Assembly: GCF_964194025.1 (NCBI RefSeq)
Contig: NC_134477.1
Span: 7,440,001-7,504,000 of the forward strand
Length of the DNA stretch: 64,000 nt
Source: Convolutriloba macropyga
Taxonomy: Eukaryota
Direction of reading: 5' to 3'
Positions 1 to 12,286 of the stretch are shown in pieces. How positions within the stretch are numbered: position 1 is the first letter of the stretch; each line of letters opens with the position of its first letter. The position numbers and the translations under genes are program-made. A model generated the notes under the pieces. The model was not told the DNA's origin, did not search any database, and was given only the letters and a program-made list of their open reading frames with translations.

Positions 1-916
1 ATAACATTAATGACAAGATTAAACTGAACTATTATCCTTACAATTACCTAATTATGTTAATTTTGCTGAGCTTAATTAGCATTCATATTTTCCGTTCGTT
101 TGCTTTATACAATTTGTCCTCAAGTAAATTAACCATTTGAAAATAGTGACTAATTGAATGCAAACTTAACATTTAAAATATTGCGTTGAAACAAGTCTAT
201 AAAGCGCTTCACTGAACGCATTACATTAATGTGTACACAACAGTGTAGAAGATAGCAATACAAATCGGCCATTCCAATTTAGCAGCCAAATTAGGAATAC
301 TTTGGTTACTAGTTTGTTCCACGGATTGAAACTTCAAATTTGCATAATTTTATAATATGCTCATACATGTTATCACTAAAAAATTTGAAAAGTCTCCTTT
401 ATAAGACAAAAACTGAAAAATCTACATCCAAGGCTTTGTCCACTTTGCCATTACCTATCGTTTGGTCCATAATAAGTTCCAAATATATGCTCAGAACTAA
501 AGCGTTAAATAATTTGAACCTATTGCAATACCTTATTGACACGGAGCTATGCCTTTCTGCATGAATCAATGTACTTGGCAGACATTTTGAAACAGGTTTA
601 TCCATACTCGCTGTAACTGCCAGGATTTGGGTGTATTCCAGTAACAATGAGCTGTACTGCAAAGTCACAGTATCAGCAGTACAAGTTAACAGACATTTGC
701 GCCAGGAGAATAGAACTCTTTATATGTTTTTTATCCACTTCCCTAAACAAAATATACATATAAACTATAATATTGAAGACTTAATTTCGTATTAACTTTC
801 TTCCATAGCTCGCGCTACAATGTATTTGACCTTGTGGGCTGGAAATCGGAAGCTTCTTTTCTATCGTTTACTAGCACCATCAAAACCCGGTTCTCGCCCA
901 CGCTTCATTTTGGAAT

Positions 917-1159
917 TGCCGTATTGGATTAACTTTGATCACAAAAGAGCAAGTGCGAAACTTGAATTAGCAACTATCTTTCACTTTCAGAACTGCGCTT
1001 CAGCTTTCACGCTCTGCGTGGTTTAGACTAAGTACCAGTTGGTACTCTATAATGAATGTTTAGCATAGCTGTCACTCAAGTGTACAATACGTTGTCACCT
1101 ATTGGTGATAATGGTCAATCTATAATATCCACAAAAGAGTAAGAGTTCGTTCCATAAGG

Positions 1160-1209
<50 letters not shown>

Positions 1210-1285
1210 ATATAGTTTATCAGTGTTCATATTATTTAGGTAAGATACTTGGTTACAGGCTCTCCGGTTGGATCCGTCCGCCACA
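917..1285 (-). repeat. 3' LTR of the Gypsy element, containing a (TA)n microsatellite
   Basis: Starts TGCCGTATTGG and ends GCCACA. Near-identical to 7240-7626 and 8736-9109 apart from an 8-bp deletion (GCTAAAGG) and a few substitutions. Confidence 0.95.
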
Positions 1286-1300
1286 CTTCCCCTCGTTTTT
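1286..1300 (-). promoter_or_regulatory. Polypurine tract of the Gypsy element
   Basis: Minus strand reads AAAAACGAGGGGAAG immediately before the 3' LTR. Confidence 0.85.
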
Positions 1301-1311
1301 GATTTTTTGAT

Positions 1312-4300
1312 TTAGTCAAAAATCTTGTTCAGCGCCTCTATGTCCGCGGTGTTTAATGATGATATGGAACTTGTTCCTGAATAGTCGTCCTCTTGGTCCT
1401 CCCTGTGTATGTTTTCTCTATCTGTGTTCGTGTCTTGACGTTCCTCTGGTGGTTCTGTTAGTCCTTTGTTTATTTGCTGAAGTGTCTGTGTGTTTTCGTT
1501 TAGTAGTGTCGAGATTTGTTGTATTTTGTTGTGTTGTTGTGTGTTGTTGTCTGGGCCAGTTCGTTTCGTTATTTGTTTTCCCATGTCCTGTTGTGGTGTG
1601 TCCTTGTTATCATTACCCGTTGGTTGTGGTGGTTGTTTGTTGTCGATGTGTTTTAGTGTCTTTGTGTTGTTACCAATTGGTGTTGATGTTGATGCTGGGA
1701 TGATTGTTATGATTTGTTCGTTTTCCGGTTCTGCTGGTGTCTTCTTGGGTGAGTTGGTGATTCTGCTTATAATCTTGTCAATTTTTGCGTCTCTTTTTGT
1801 TGGGCTGTTGTCTCTATCGCTTGGTGGTGCGTACTTGAACGCGTTGGGGTTGTCAGAAGTGAATATATGCAGTGGGCTTCCTTGGGACGAGTCAGAGGCC
1901 AGGTTGATTTCTTCCACTGATTTGTCCTTGTATAGCCGTTTGGTATTCAGTTAGATGCGTGGTGAGTTTGCTTTGTCTTTTTGTTGTTGCCTTGGCTTTT
2001 CAAGTTTTGATTGTCTACGTCTGCGTCCTTTGAGCGTTGGTCGAAATCTTTGTTAAGTTTGTGTGCGCGTTTTGTTGGGGCCGTTCCTTTTCTTTTTGGT
2101 TGCTTGGGGTTTTTGGCTGGGTTAGTCCCTTGTGTTTCGCCAGGTTGGTCCATTGGGCCGGGTTGGTCCATTTGGGTTGATGGTCCGGGGATGCACTCGT
2201 TTTGTTGCTCTTTAGGGTGAGTCTTCTTGTTGTTCTTCTTTTCTGTTAACAACAATTCTTTTATTTTTTCTTGATTTCTTTTGTATTCTCGTACGGTTTT
2301 ACATGCTACAAAGTGTATCAATCTGGGTTTTGTTTCGTTAACGATAGCTACGTCGTTTTTTCTGATTACTGTGTTTTTGCGGTTGTGTGTGTCTAGTGTT
2401 ATTGTTGTTGGAGTCTAGTTTGTAATTGTACCGTCTGGTATTATGTTCCACAATGGTTTAAGTGTGCCTCGAGGTTCATTTGATCTACGCGCTAGTGTTT
2501 TTCTTGCTACTTGTTTTCTTGTGTTAGTGATTGTTGTTGTTTTATCTCCGAATGTTAGCATTAGGTTATCAGGTATAATTTTTGTAGGTGATGTATGCTT
2601 ACGTTTCACTGCATTTTTCTTGACGTTCTGTAGGGTGGCATTGTCGGAAGCAGAATATTCATCGGGAATGTCTTCGTTGAATCTGATGTCTAGCTCTGGT
2701 TCCGAATCAGTCTCGATGTTCCAGATGGATTCTCCGTTCAACATTGGTTGTTTGAGCCCTCTCTTTTTGTCTAAATAGAAATTTTTTATGTCATTGTATG
2801 TCAAGTTGTTTTGTGATGGTTTTGTGGTTATGTTTGAAAGTTATGTGTTTATTTTTCTGCCAAAGTGTGCTGTGTATGGTGCTATTTTAGTTGTTGTGTT
2901 GGGGATGAGCTTTATTTCTTCTATTATTTCTGCTACTTTGTCAGCGAGTGTTACTTGTGACCAATTGGTGTCAATGTTTAGTACTGATAGGCGTCTTTTG
3001 ATTGTTTGGATGAGTCGCTCTATCATTCCTGTGGCTCTGTGGTCCCCGACTGGAGCTAGTATTAGTTTTATGTTGTTGTTTTTGCATTATATGTCAAATT
3101 GTCTTCATTTGAATGCTTGTGATTGGTCGCACCTTATGTTTCTAGGTATTCCGTGAAATTTTATATATTGGTTGAGATATTCGATGGCGGTTTCCGCGTC
3201 ACAATTGTGATATACTTTCGCGTGAGGGTACCTAGAGTATCTATCTACAGATGCTAATATATACGATTCTTTGTGTTTTTCGTCTATTATTGGGCCGGCA
3301 AAGTCCAGTTGGACTTATTCATTTGGTTCCATTAATGGTGGGAGTTCTGATGTTCTGTTTTTAGGAATAAGTGGTTTTAAGTTCTTACCTATCTTGATAC
3401 ATGGTTGGCAATTTTGAGTAAGCGTAACAATTTCCCTGTGTATGCGTGGAAACCAAATTAAATTCGCAAGATGCATCATTCCTGTTTGTCCTGGATGTTT
3501 CCTGTGTATTGCGTTTATAATGGGTTTGCGTAGCTGTGTCGGTATGAATAACTTTCCATCGTATAGGACGCATCCGGATGGTGTCCTAAGTCGTTTTAGA
3601 GAGTGCCAGTATCGGCTGAAGTGTTTTAGTGTCGTCCAGTCTTTGTCCTGTATGATTTTTAATAAGCTCCGGCTTTGGGGGCCCGATCTTTTGGCCTCTG
3701 CTATGAATTCTTCTCTTAGGACTTTTTGTAATTTCTTGAGATAGGTTGGGAAATCCTCGTATTGTGTCTCTGCGAATGGATGTAAGTGTTGTTTTGATTT
3801 GAGTGGGTTTCGTCCCTGTCCTGTATTGTTTATGTCCTCGGTCTGTTTTGCTATTGTATTTGTGTTGTTTGATGTGTTACCAGTTGGTGAATCCATCTTC
3901 TTTTTGTTGGGTGCTCTATGTCTTCTTGTTATTGGTATTGTGTTTGTGTCTAGCTGTGGTCTTCTTCGTGTTGTTATGTGTACTTTTGTTTTGGATGAAT
4001 TATTGATGTTTTGTTTAAATTGATAAAGTTAAGGCTGTGTTGAATTGTTAATTTGGATTTTTAATTTTGACAAAGTCGTAATAAATAGCGACTGCTGTTA
4101 GCTCGAAAGTGGCAGAAAGCGCGTTGCTTTTCTTCGCTCCAATTGGAATGGTTTTTGACGTCATTCTGTGCGCTTAATTGACGCGCTTTCTGATTGGCTG
4201 ATTTTCTCTGTTTGGTGAATAGAGTATTTTTTAATGTTGTTATTATGTTAATTACATGATTTAAGTTCATGTTTTCACCAGTTGGTGGTGATTTCGGATG

Positions 4301-7240
4301 ACGGCTTAAATAGTCTGCAAAGCCCATGTCTTTTCGTGCGATATGTTCGGCTTTAAAATGGAATGGTAATAGTCTATCGACCCACCTTGTTAGTCGGCTT
4401 TGATATGTTTTATTACCTCTATTATTTCATAGGGCTGATAATAATGCCTGGTGATCCGTTTGGAGGGTGAATTCTGATCCAAATAGGTAATATTTGAAGT
4501 GTTCTAGCGACCAGACGACGACTAATAATTCGAGTTCATTTATACTGTATCTTTGTTCATTTTTGTTGAGGAACCTGCTGGCATATGCAATCGGGTGCCA
4601 GTTGTTGTTCTCTTTTTCTTCTAGGCATGCGCCTAGTCCTTCTTTGCTTGCGTCGCATTTAACTCTCGTTTCGTTGTTTATTTTAAAATGTTTTTGTTCT
4701 ATTATGTTCTGTATTGCGTTTTTTATGTTTTTGAGTGTTTATAGTTCCATTCTAGTTTTTTCTTAGATGCTGATGATGAAAGCAGTGGTCTAATTGGTGC
4801 TGATAGTGTTGCCAGGTTTGGTATAAATTTTATTTGGTGATGAATGCTGCCCATGAATGATCGTAGCTGTTTTAGTGTTTAAGGATTTTCCAGTTGGATA
4901 ATTGCGTCTGTTTTTCGTTTGGTTGGTTTTATTCCTTCTGCGTTTATTTTGTATCCCAACCATATGATTTCGTTCACACCAAATTCGCATTTGTGTAAAC
5001 TTATTGCCAGGTTTTCTTCGTTGAGTCTGTTTAGTTTTTTGTCAATTTCTTCATCGTGTTTTTCTATTCTGCCTTTTGTTATGATTATTATATCGTCTGA
5101 AAATGCATTTGTTGAATCTGGTCCATCTAATGTTGTGTCCATCATTTTTTGAAAGGTTGCCGGGAGGTCTGTTAGTCCGTAAAATCCATTTAAAAATTTG
5201 TGTGTGCCTGTCGCGTTGCCTCCTCGTATATTAAAGTTGCAGTGTTTCTGTGTGTCTGGGTGGAGAGGTAATTGGCTGTATGCGTATTTGAGGTCAAATT
5301 TACTGAAGTATAACTTACCTTCTTGTGTTTTTAGTTCTGATATTTTCATGCCTCTTTTGTCCATTAGGTGATCTATGCTCTGCATTTGATATTTGTTTTT
5401 GTGTATGGCGTCGTTTAATATTTTCGAGTCTAGTGCTATTTATATTGATTGGTCTGATTTGACTGTGATGACTACTGGGCTAATAAAATGTTCGTCGGAA
5501 CATTTTGTTAGTTTTTTATTTGTTTTTCGTCTATAATTTTTTGAGTTCTCTTTCAACTTTTTCTGTCAGATGTAGTGGTACTCTTCGTCCTTTGTGTTGT
5601 GTGGGTTGGAATTCCCTTTTAAATATTGATTTTGCCACGTGGTTCTTTGACCTTCCCAAACTGGTGCATAAGTGTGGGTATTTGTTGAATATCCATTTGG
5701 ATATTCGTTGGTGTGTTTGAAATATTGAATAAATTTTTCTCACCTTTATTTGTTGTTGTCATTGTTAGGCGTAGGCCCATTTGGTCCATGATGTCTCTCC
5801 CCATGATGTTGACGGTATTGTTGTTGATCAGTAGTATTGTGCAGTTCCTTGCGTTGGATGAGCCTGATGTAATGTCACTTGAATAGTTCCGATGATGTCA
5901 ATTTTAATATTGTTGAAACATCTGAACTCTCCAATTGTTTTGTTTGGCTGTTTTATTGAGGTCTTTCTGTTTGCTAGTAATTTTTGTGCGGTATCTATAT
6001 TCATGAAGCTGCGTGGGCTTCCCGTGTCTGCCAGCCAGAATATTTGTTGGTTATTTGTTCTTGTCTTGATCCACAATTCTCCTCTTTTCGATTTGTTTAC
6101 GTCTGATACTTTTTCATTCGTGAAGTTTATTGATGTAATGAAGTTTATATATTGCCAGTCCTCCATCATTTCTCTTATGTAGCATGTCGATTCTGGGTCG
6201 ATTGTTTCATCTGTTTCGGTTTGTTCTTCCGTCTCTGTTTCCTCGTTTATGTTTCTAATTTTTTGTTGTGTTTGTCTTTGTGCCAGCTGGTTGTACTTTT
6301 GCGGGGGGTGTGATCCTGTATTCATTTGTTGTTGGCGTTGTTGTGGTCTGAATGTGGGGCGTGGTGGCATTTCTGATCTGCATAGTTTTGCGAAATGGCC
6401 CATCTTTTTGCATATTCTGCAAGCTTCGTTTTTCGCGGGGCATATGTTTAAGTGATCGGGTAGGAATTTGTTTCCGCATTTTCTGCAATTTTGTATTTGT
6501 CCTGTTTGTGGGGTAGGTAGTATTGGTCCTCTATTTCGTCTCTTGATATATTGTATTTTCTCGAACCACGGGTTGTCTGTAAGGGTGTGTGATTGTGAAA
6601 GTTGTGAATTGTGCGTTTTTTGTTGATTGGCTTGTCCACTTTCCCTCGCTAGTGCGTAGATTCTCCATCTTTTTGTTGGCATCATTTTGTTGATTCTCCT
6701 TCTTTTTGTTGGCATCTGAAAAACTGGAACCTATCGAACGTTTCGGTTCTTGCTTGTGTGAAGAATTCTTTTAGTTGTTCAACGAGTGCGTCTGTGGTGC
6801 ATTTTTGTAGATCCGTGTGTGGGAATCGCTGGTGAAAGATATTTGTAGCTTGTACTCCTAATGATAGGTAGATTAGGCTCTTTGCTTTGTTGTCTGCCTC
6901 ATCCCATGGGATGTTATTCTACCATTGGTCCTTTTTCTTCGATTGTTTTGCACTCATTTAGCCAATAAGTTTTCCTTTTTTGATTGCGCTGTTCGCGTTG
7001 CCTTCTTTCGGCCGTTGTCTCGTCTGATTGTGGTGGTTCATAGTGTGGTTGAGCTGGATAATCAAGGTCCTCGCTTTCTGGTTTTGGCTGTAATAACTTT
7101 TCTACTTGAATACTATCCTTTACCATAATCGCTAGTTTGACAGTTGATAACCATTTGTCCCAGTCCAATTCTGGTTGGTGGCCTTTATCCCAATAGAAGT
7201 TAACTCCAAGAGGAGATCTTGCCATTGCTGACTGCGCCAT
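1312..7240 (-). pseudogene. Disrupted gag-pol of the Gypsy element
   Basis: Gag zinc knuckles CRKCGNKFLPDHLNICPAKNEACRICKKMGHFAKLC; protease LADTGS; RT FSKFDLKYAYSQL and AFSDDIII; RNase H CDASKEGLGA...IAYASRFL...TDHQAL; integrase HRKHPG...NCQPC, QLDFAGP and GMIERLIQTIKRRL. Broken into many ORF pieces. Confidence 0.93.
7226..7239 (-). promoter_or_regulatory. Primer-binding site, probably tRNA-Ser
   Basis: Minus strand TGGCGCAGTCAGCA directly abuts the 5' LTR. It is complementary to a tRNA 3' end ...UGCUGACUGCGCCA typical of invertebrate tRNA-Ser (from memory, not searched). Confidence 0.75.
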
Positions 7241-7496
7241 GTCGTATTGGATTAACTTTGATCACAAAAGAACAAGTGCGAAACCTGAATTAGCAACTAT
7301 CTTTCACTTTGCTAAAGGCAGAACTGCGCTTCAGCTTTCACGCTCTGCGTGGTTTAGACTAAGTACCAGTTGGTACTCTATAATGAATGTTTAGCATAGC
7401 TGTCACTCAAGTGTAAAATACGTTGTCACCTATTGGTGATAATGGTCAATCTATAATATCCACAAAAGAGTAAGAATTCGTTCCATGAGGAATATA

Positions 7497-7550
<54 letters not shown>

Positions 7551-7626
7551 ATATAGTTTATCAGTGTTCATATTAATTGGGTACGATACTTGGTTACAGG
7601 CTCTCCGGTTGGATCCGTCCACCACA
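7240..7626 (-). repeat. 5' LTR of the Gypsy element
   Basis: TGTCGTATTGG...CACCACA, flanked by the PBS and the GGAAT TSD. Confidence 0.95.
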
Positions 7627-8012
7627 GGAATTATTACTGATGGTTATTGTAGACTGACCAGATTGTGTAAACGCATACAAATATTCTGTTGAACCACTTG
7701 TTCCTACTTTGCACATTCTATTCAGTTTTTGGGGTATTTGAGGCCCGCCTTAAGTTGCAGCATGGTTCAAAATTGAATTAAACCCTTCGTGTCTAATTCC
7801 CGTTCCATAATTTCTAACTGTATTCACAGCCCTGTTCTTATCTTTCATGTTCACTTCTCATCATTGGGAAGTCAATGGACAATTAGAATTGAATTTTGAA
7901 AAATTGTCAAATGTACGCATTCGTGTTTCGAAGTTAACGGAACGGACCCCACGCGTGCAAATGAATCATAAGTTCTCCCCAATCGGAGTTACGAAGACAG
8001 AATCTTCGCTTC

Positions 8013-8997
8013 TTGTATTTTCTCGAACCACGGGTTGTCTGTGTGGGTGTGTGATTGTGAAGGTTGTGAATTGTGCATTTTTTGTTGATTGGCTTGTGGC
8101 CTCTTTGCCTCGCTAATGCGTAGACTCTCCTTCTTTTTGTTGGCATCTTTTTGTTGATTCTCCTTCTTTTTGTTGGCATCTTTTTGTTGATTCTCCTTCT
8201 TTTTGTTGGCATCTGAAAAACTGGAACCTATCGTACGTTTCGTTTCTTGCTTGTGTGAAGAATTCTTTTAGTAGTTCAACGAGTGCGTCTGTGGTGCATT
8301 TTTGTAGATCCGTGTGTGGGAATCGCTGGTGAAAGATATGTGTAGCTTGTACTCCTAATGATAGGTAGATTAGGCTCTTTGCTTTATTGTCTGCGTCATC
8401 CCATGGGATGTTATCTAACATTGGTCCTTTTTCTTCGATTGTTTTGCATTCATTTAGCCAATCGGTCTTCCTTTTTTGATTGCGCTGTTCGCGTTGCCTT
8501 CTTTCGGCCGTTGTCTCGTCTGGTTGTGGTGGTTCATAGTGTGGTTGAGCTGGATAATCTAGGTCCTCGCTTTCTGGGTTTGGCTGTAATAACTTTTCTA
8601 CTTGAATATTATCCTTTACCATAATCGCTAGCTTGACAGTTGATAACCAATGGTCCCAGTCCAATTCTGGTTGGTGGCCTTTATCCCAGTAGAAGTTAAC
8701 TCCAAGAGGACATCTTGCCATTGCTGACTGCGCCGTGTTGTATTGGATTAACTTTGATCACAAAAGAGCAAGTGCGAAACTTGAATTAGCAACTATCTTT
8801 CGCTTTGCTAAAGGCAGAACTGCGCTTCAGCTTTCACGCTCTGCGTGGTTTAGACTAAGTACCAGTTAGTACTCTGTAATGAATGTTTAGCATAGCTGTC
8901 ACTCAAGTGTACAATAAGTTGTCACCTGTTGGTGATAATAGTCAATCTATAATATCCACAAAAGAGTAAGAGTTCGTTCCATAAGGAATATATATAT

Positions 8998-9030
<33 letters not shown>

Positions 9031-9499
9031 GTAAAATAGTTTATCAGTGTTCATATTATTTAGGTACGATACTTGGTTACAGGCTCTCCGGTTGGATCCG
9101 TCCACCACAGGAATTATTACTGCTTGTTATTGTAGATTGACCAGATTGTGTAAACGCATACAAATATTCTGTTGAACCACTTGTTCCTACTTTGCACATT
9201 CTATTCAGTTTTTGGGGTATTTGAGGCCCGCCTTATGTTGCAGCATGGTTCAAAATTGAATTAAACCCTTCGTGTCTAATTCCTGTTCCATAATTTCTAA
9301 CTGTATGCACAGCCCTGTTCTTATCTTTCATAATCACTTCTCATCATTGGGAAGTCACAGGACAATTAGAATTGAATTTTGAAAAATCTTCAAATGTACG
9401 CATTCGTGTTTCGAAGTTAACGGAATCGACCCCACGCGTGCAAAGTAATCATAAGTTCTCCCCAATAGGATTTACGAAGACAGAATCTTCGCCTCTTGT
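8013..9499. repeat. Tandem duplicate of 6551-8016 (5' gag, PBS, LTR and ~390 bp of host flank)
   Basis: 8017 onward repeats 6555 onward, and 9110-9499 repeats 7627-8016. The junction shares TTGT microhomology. The 8113-8721 ORF is a second gag N-terminus. Confidence 0.92.
8736..9109 (-). repeat. Third LTR copy (duplicated 5' LTR)
   Basis: TGTTGTATTGG...CACCACA followed by GGAAT. The adjacent PBS carries a TGG>CGG change at 8735. Confidence 0.92.
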
Positions 9500-9807
9500 T
9501 TCAATGTGCCCAACAGTTCACCAACAATTGTATCAAATAATAGCATCGCAATTTGTTTCCTTTAAACATAATGGAACTTTGTACTTTACGAGATCTTGCT
9601 CAGTCATACTATGACACCATGAACTTCTGCGCAAACTCTCCTCTGGACTTTCCCATTTTGAATACAAGCGAGATTCTCTCGTCCACTGTTTATTTTTTAT
9701 GGCAAATTAAAACGTTTTTTTTTTCGTAAGAAAACACGACTTGCTACTAACATTGTTTGAGAAGGAAATAAATTCCGGATTGAGCTCAAACAACTGAAGA
9801 ATTGTTA

Positions 9808-12282
9808 TAGCAATGGAGGTTTTCACCCATTCGTTTTCCACAAATTTTAAATACCCTCAAGATATTATATCACTGGTAACTTGAAACCAATTGGTAGACT
9901 ACCTTACGTTGACTGCGGGCACTGGCCGCCAACCAATTGATTTCATTTTATCTGGGTTGCTATGTTCATCATCGAAATTTCGAATTCTTGTCTGAAGATC
10001 CTGCAATTTTGAATTACAACGAGTAATTGCCGTTTGGTCTTAAAAATTTTCATTGTTATAAAATTTTGCAGAAAAAAATTGCTTAAAGTACTTCAATGAA
10101 AATTTCAGTTACTACTAACTTAATTTTGTAATTAAACATGATAAAAAGAGGTATTGATGCCATAAATACACATGCCCAGGCATGAACCAGAGAATTAGCC
10201 CAACCACACAGCCCAGCTCAGAAGAATCAACTTCACCAACAGCAATAGACGCCTCACAAGGGTACTCCAACTTATCAGTTGAAAACACCACAAAACCATT
10301 TTTGATTAAGGACATATTGCCCTGACAACACAGAACCTCCGTCACAACAGAAAAATGACAAACATTATTAATTTAAAAAACTAATACTTGTTTGAGTCAA
10401 TTTTCAATAAAACATTACACTCTACAACTGAAGAGCTGAAAATAAAAACAAAGTTATTTAGTACAAATTTTAACAGAAAATTTATCACTTAGCCTTTAGA
10501 ACACCTTCCACCTTACTTATCTTATACATGCCTATGAAAACTAATTAACACCTAAAGCGCAAAAACATGGTTTTACCTATAAATTATATTTATATATCTC
10601 GACTCACAACAATCATTTTAGGGGAGAATTTTCCAATTAGCTGTAACTTACAGCTTCCTCTTTAAGGCTTCTTTAGATTACAAGCAAAATTTTTACTTCC
10701 TATAAACTGTATTAGCTCTATAGGAGTAACCAACACTTCGTGATGGCTGGCTGCATTCTGTTAATTTAGTGTGTCAACTTTTTTAATTTTAACTTCAACC
10801 TTTTTCTTTTACTGTAGGAGGTTACATTTTCTTTGTCTGGCCAACTAAAGCAAAAACTTTAGTCCTGCTCTTTCTTCAATTTCCGAATAAGAAAATTCAT
10901 GCAGCTAATAATAACGAAAAAAATTTTTCATGATTAATTAAAACGGACTTCAAAACATTTTACAGAACTTTTTCTTTCCTTCGTGTTACAGAAATTGCTT
11001 TCTTCAATAATAAAACTTACAGCAATGGCACTAATTTTTTTATTACCAGGATCTGTTACTCGCACACAAATTTATCAATGTAGTATTCATATTTCCATTT
11101 CCTCCGTTGCCCGATAGTCATGATATTCATCTGGCAAAAATTTCATCAATAATAGAACAGTCTTTTAAAACTTTTATATACAGATTCAACCTGACTTATA
11201 TGAATACGAACGAAATCTTATTTCATTTTGATTACTTGTCCAAATTTGCTGAGAAACAATTTTATCGTGCACGTCAAGATCTACAAAACTTAAGAACAGA
11301 TATTTCGGAAACACTGATGAAAAATTATTCACTTGAGAGAAACCAACTTGGAGTCCCTTTGATTTCCATTGAAGCTCTTACTGCTGTTACAACAAGAGCA
11401 GGAACCGCGTGCCCGATCGGAAGTATATTTGGAGCTTGTGGTGGTTCAACGAAAAATTGGGATAACATTTATTTTGCTCTACAAAAACCTGAAGAAAATG
11501 AAAACCTATGAATTGAAATTCAAAGCAAACTTAATGGCAAATTCTATATAGTGACATCTCAATTAAAATTTTCTGTAGCAATGGAAGTTTTCACCCATTC
11601 GTTTTCCACATATTTCAAATATCCTCAAGATATTATTTCACTGGTAACTTGAAACCAATCGGTAGATTTCCTTACGTTGACTGCGGGTACTGGCCGCCAA
11701 CCAATTGATTTCAATTTATCTGTGTTTTTATATTAATTATCGAAATTTCGAATTCTTGTCTGAAGATCCTGTAAATTTGAAATACAACGAATAATTGCCG
11801 TTTGGTCTTAAAAACTTTCACTGTTATAAAATTTTGCAGAAAAGGAATTCCATAAAATACTTCAATGAAAATTTCAGTTACTAAAAACTTTATTTAATAA
11901 TTACACATAATAGAAACAGCAATAAATGCCATAAATACACAGAGCCCAGGCATAAAGCAGAGAATTAGCCCGATCACCCAGCCCAGCACAGAAAAATCAA
12001 CTTCACCAACAGCAATAGACGCCTCACAAGGGTACTCCAACTTGTCAGTTGAAAACACCACAACACCCTTTTTGATTAAGGACAAATTGCCTTGACAACA
12101 CAGAACCTCCATCACAACAGAAAAATGACATACCTTATTAATCTAAAAAACAACTACTTGTTTGAGTGTTTTTTCAATAAAACTTTACACATTACAAGTG
12201 AAGAGCTGAAAGTAAAAACAAAGTTATTAAGTACAAAATTAAACAGACTTTTTATCAATGCGACTTGAGAACAACTTATACC
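9808..12282. repeat. Pair of ~700-bp diverged direct repeats (9808-~10512 and 11576-~12282)
   Basis: Both begin TAGCAATGGA(G/A)GTTTTCACCCATTCG and stay colinear. The paralogous antisense ORFs 10115-10345 and 11894-12115 confirm the match. Confidence 0.88.
11107..11570 (+). pseudogene. Possible decayed env / class I fusion-protein fragment of a retroelement
   Basis: ERNQL|GVPLISIEALTAVTTRAGTACPIGSIFGACGG resembles a degenerate cleavage site plus a Gly/Ala-rich fusion peptide. A helical, heptad-like stretch follows and continues past the stop at 11509-11511. Confidence 0.4.
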
Positions 12283-12286
12283 ATCT

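Larger units (their letters stand above)
917..7626 (-). mobile_element. Ty3/Gypsy LTR retrotransposon (Mag-like), near full length, decayed by stops and frameshifts
   Basis: Two TG...CA LTRs (917-1285, 7240-7626) and a 5-bp TSD GGAAT at 912-916 and 7627-7631. On the minus strand the PBS follows the right LTR and the PPT precedes the left LTR. Domain order is gag(CCHC x2)-PR-RT-RH-INT. Confidence 0.95.

Noticed and set aside
1356-7128. Many hydrophobic, Cys/Val-rich plus-strand ORFs
   Set aside because: These are antisense shadows of the A/C-rich Gypsy coding strand.
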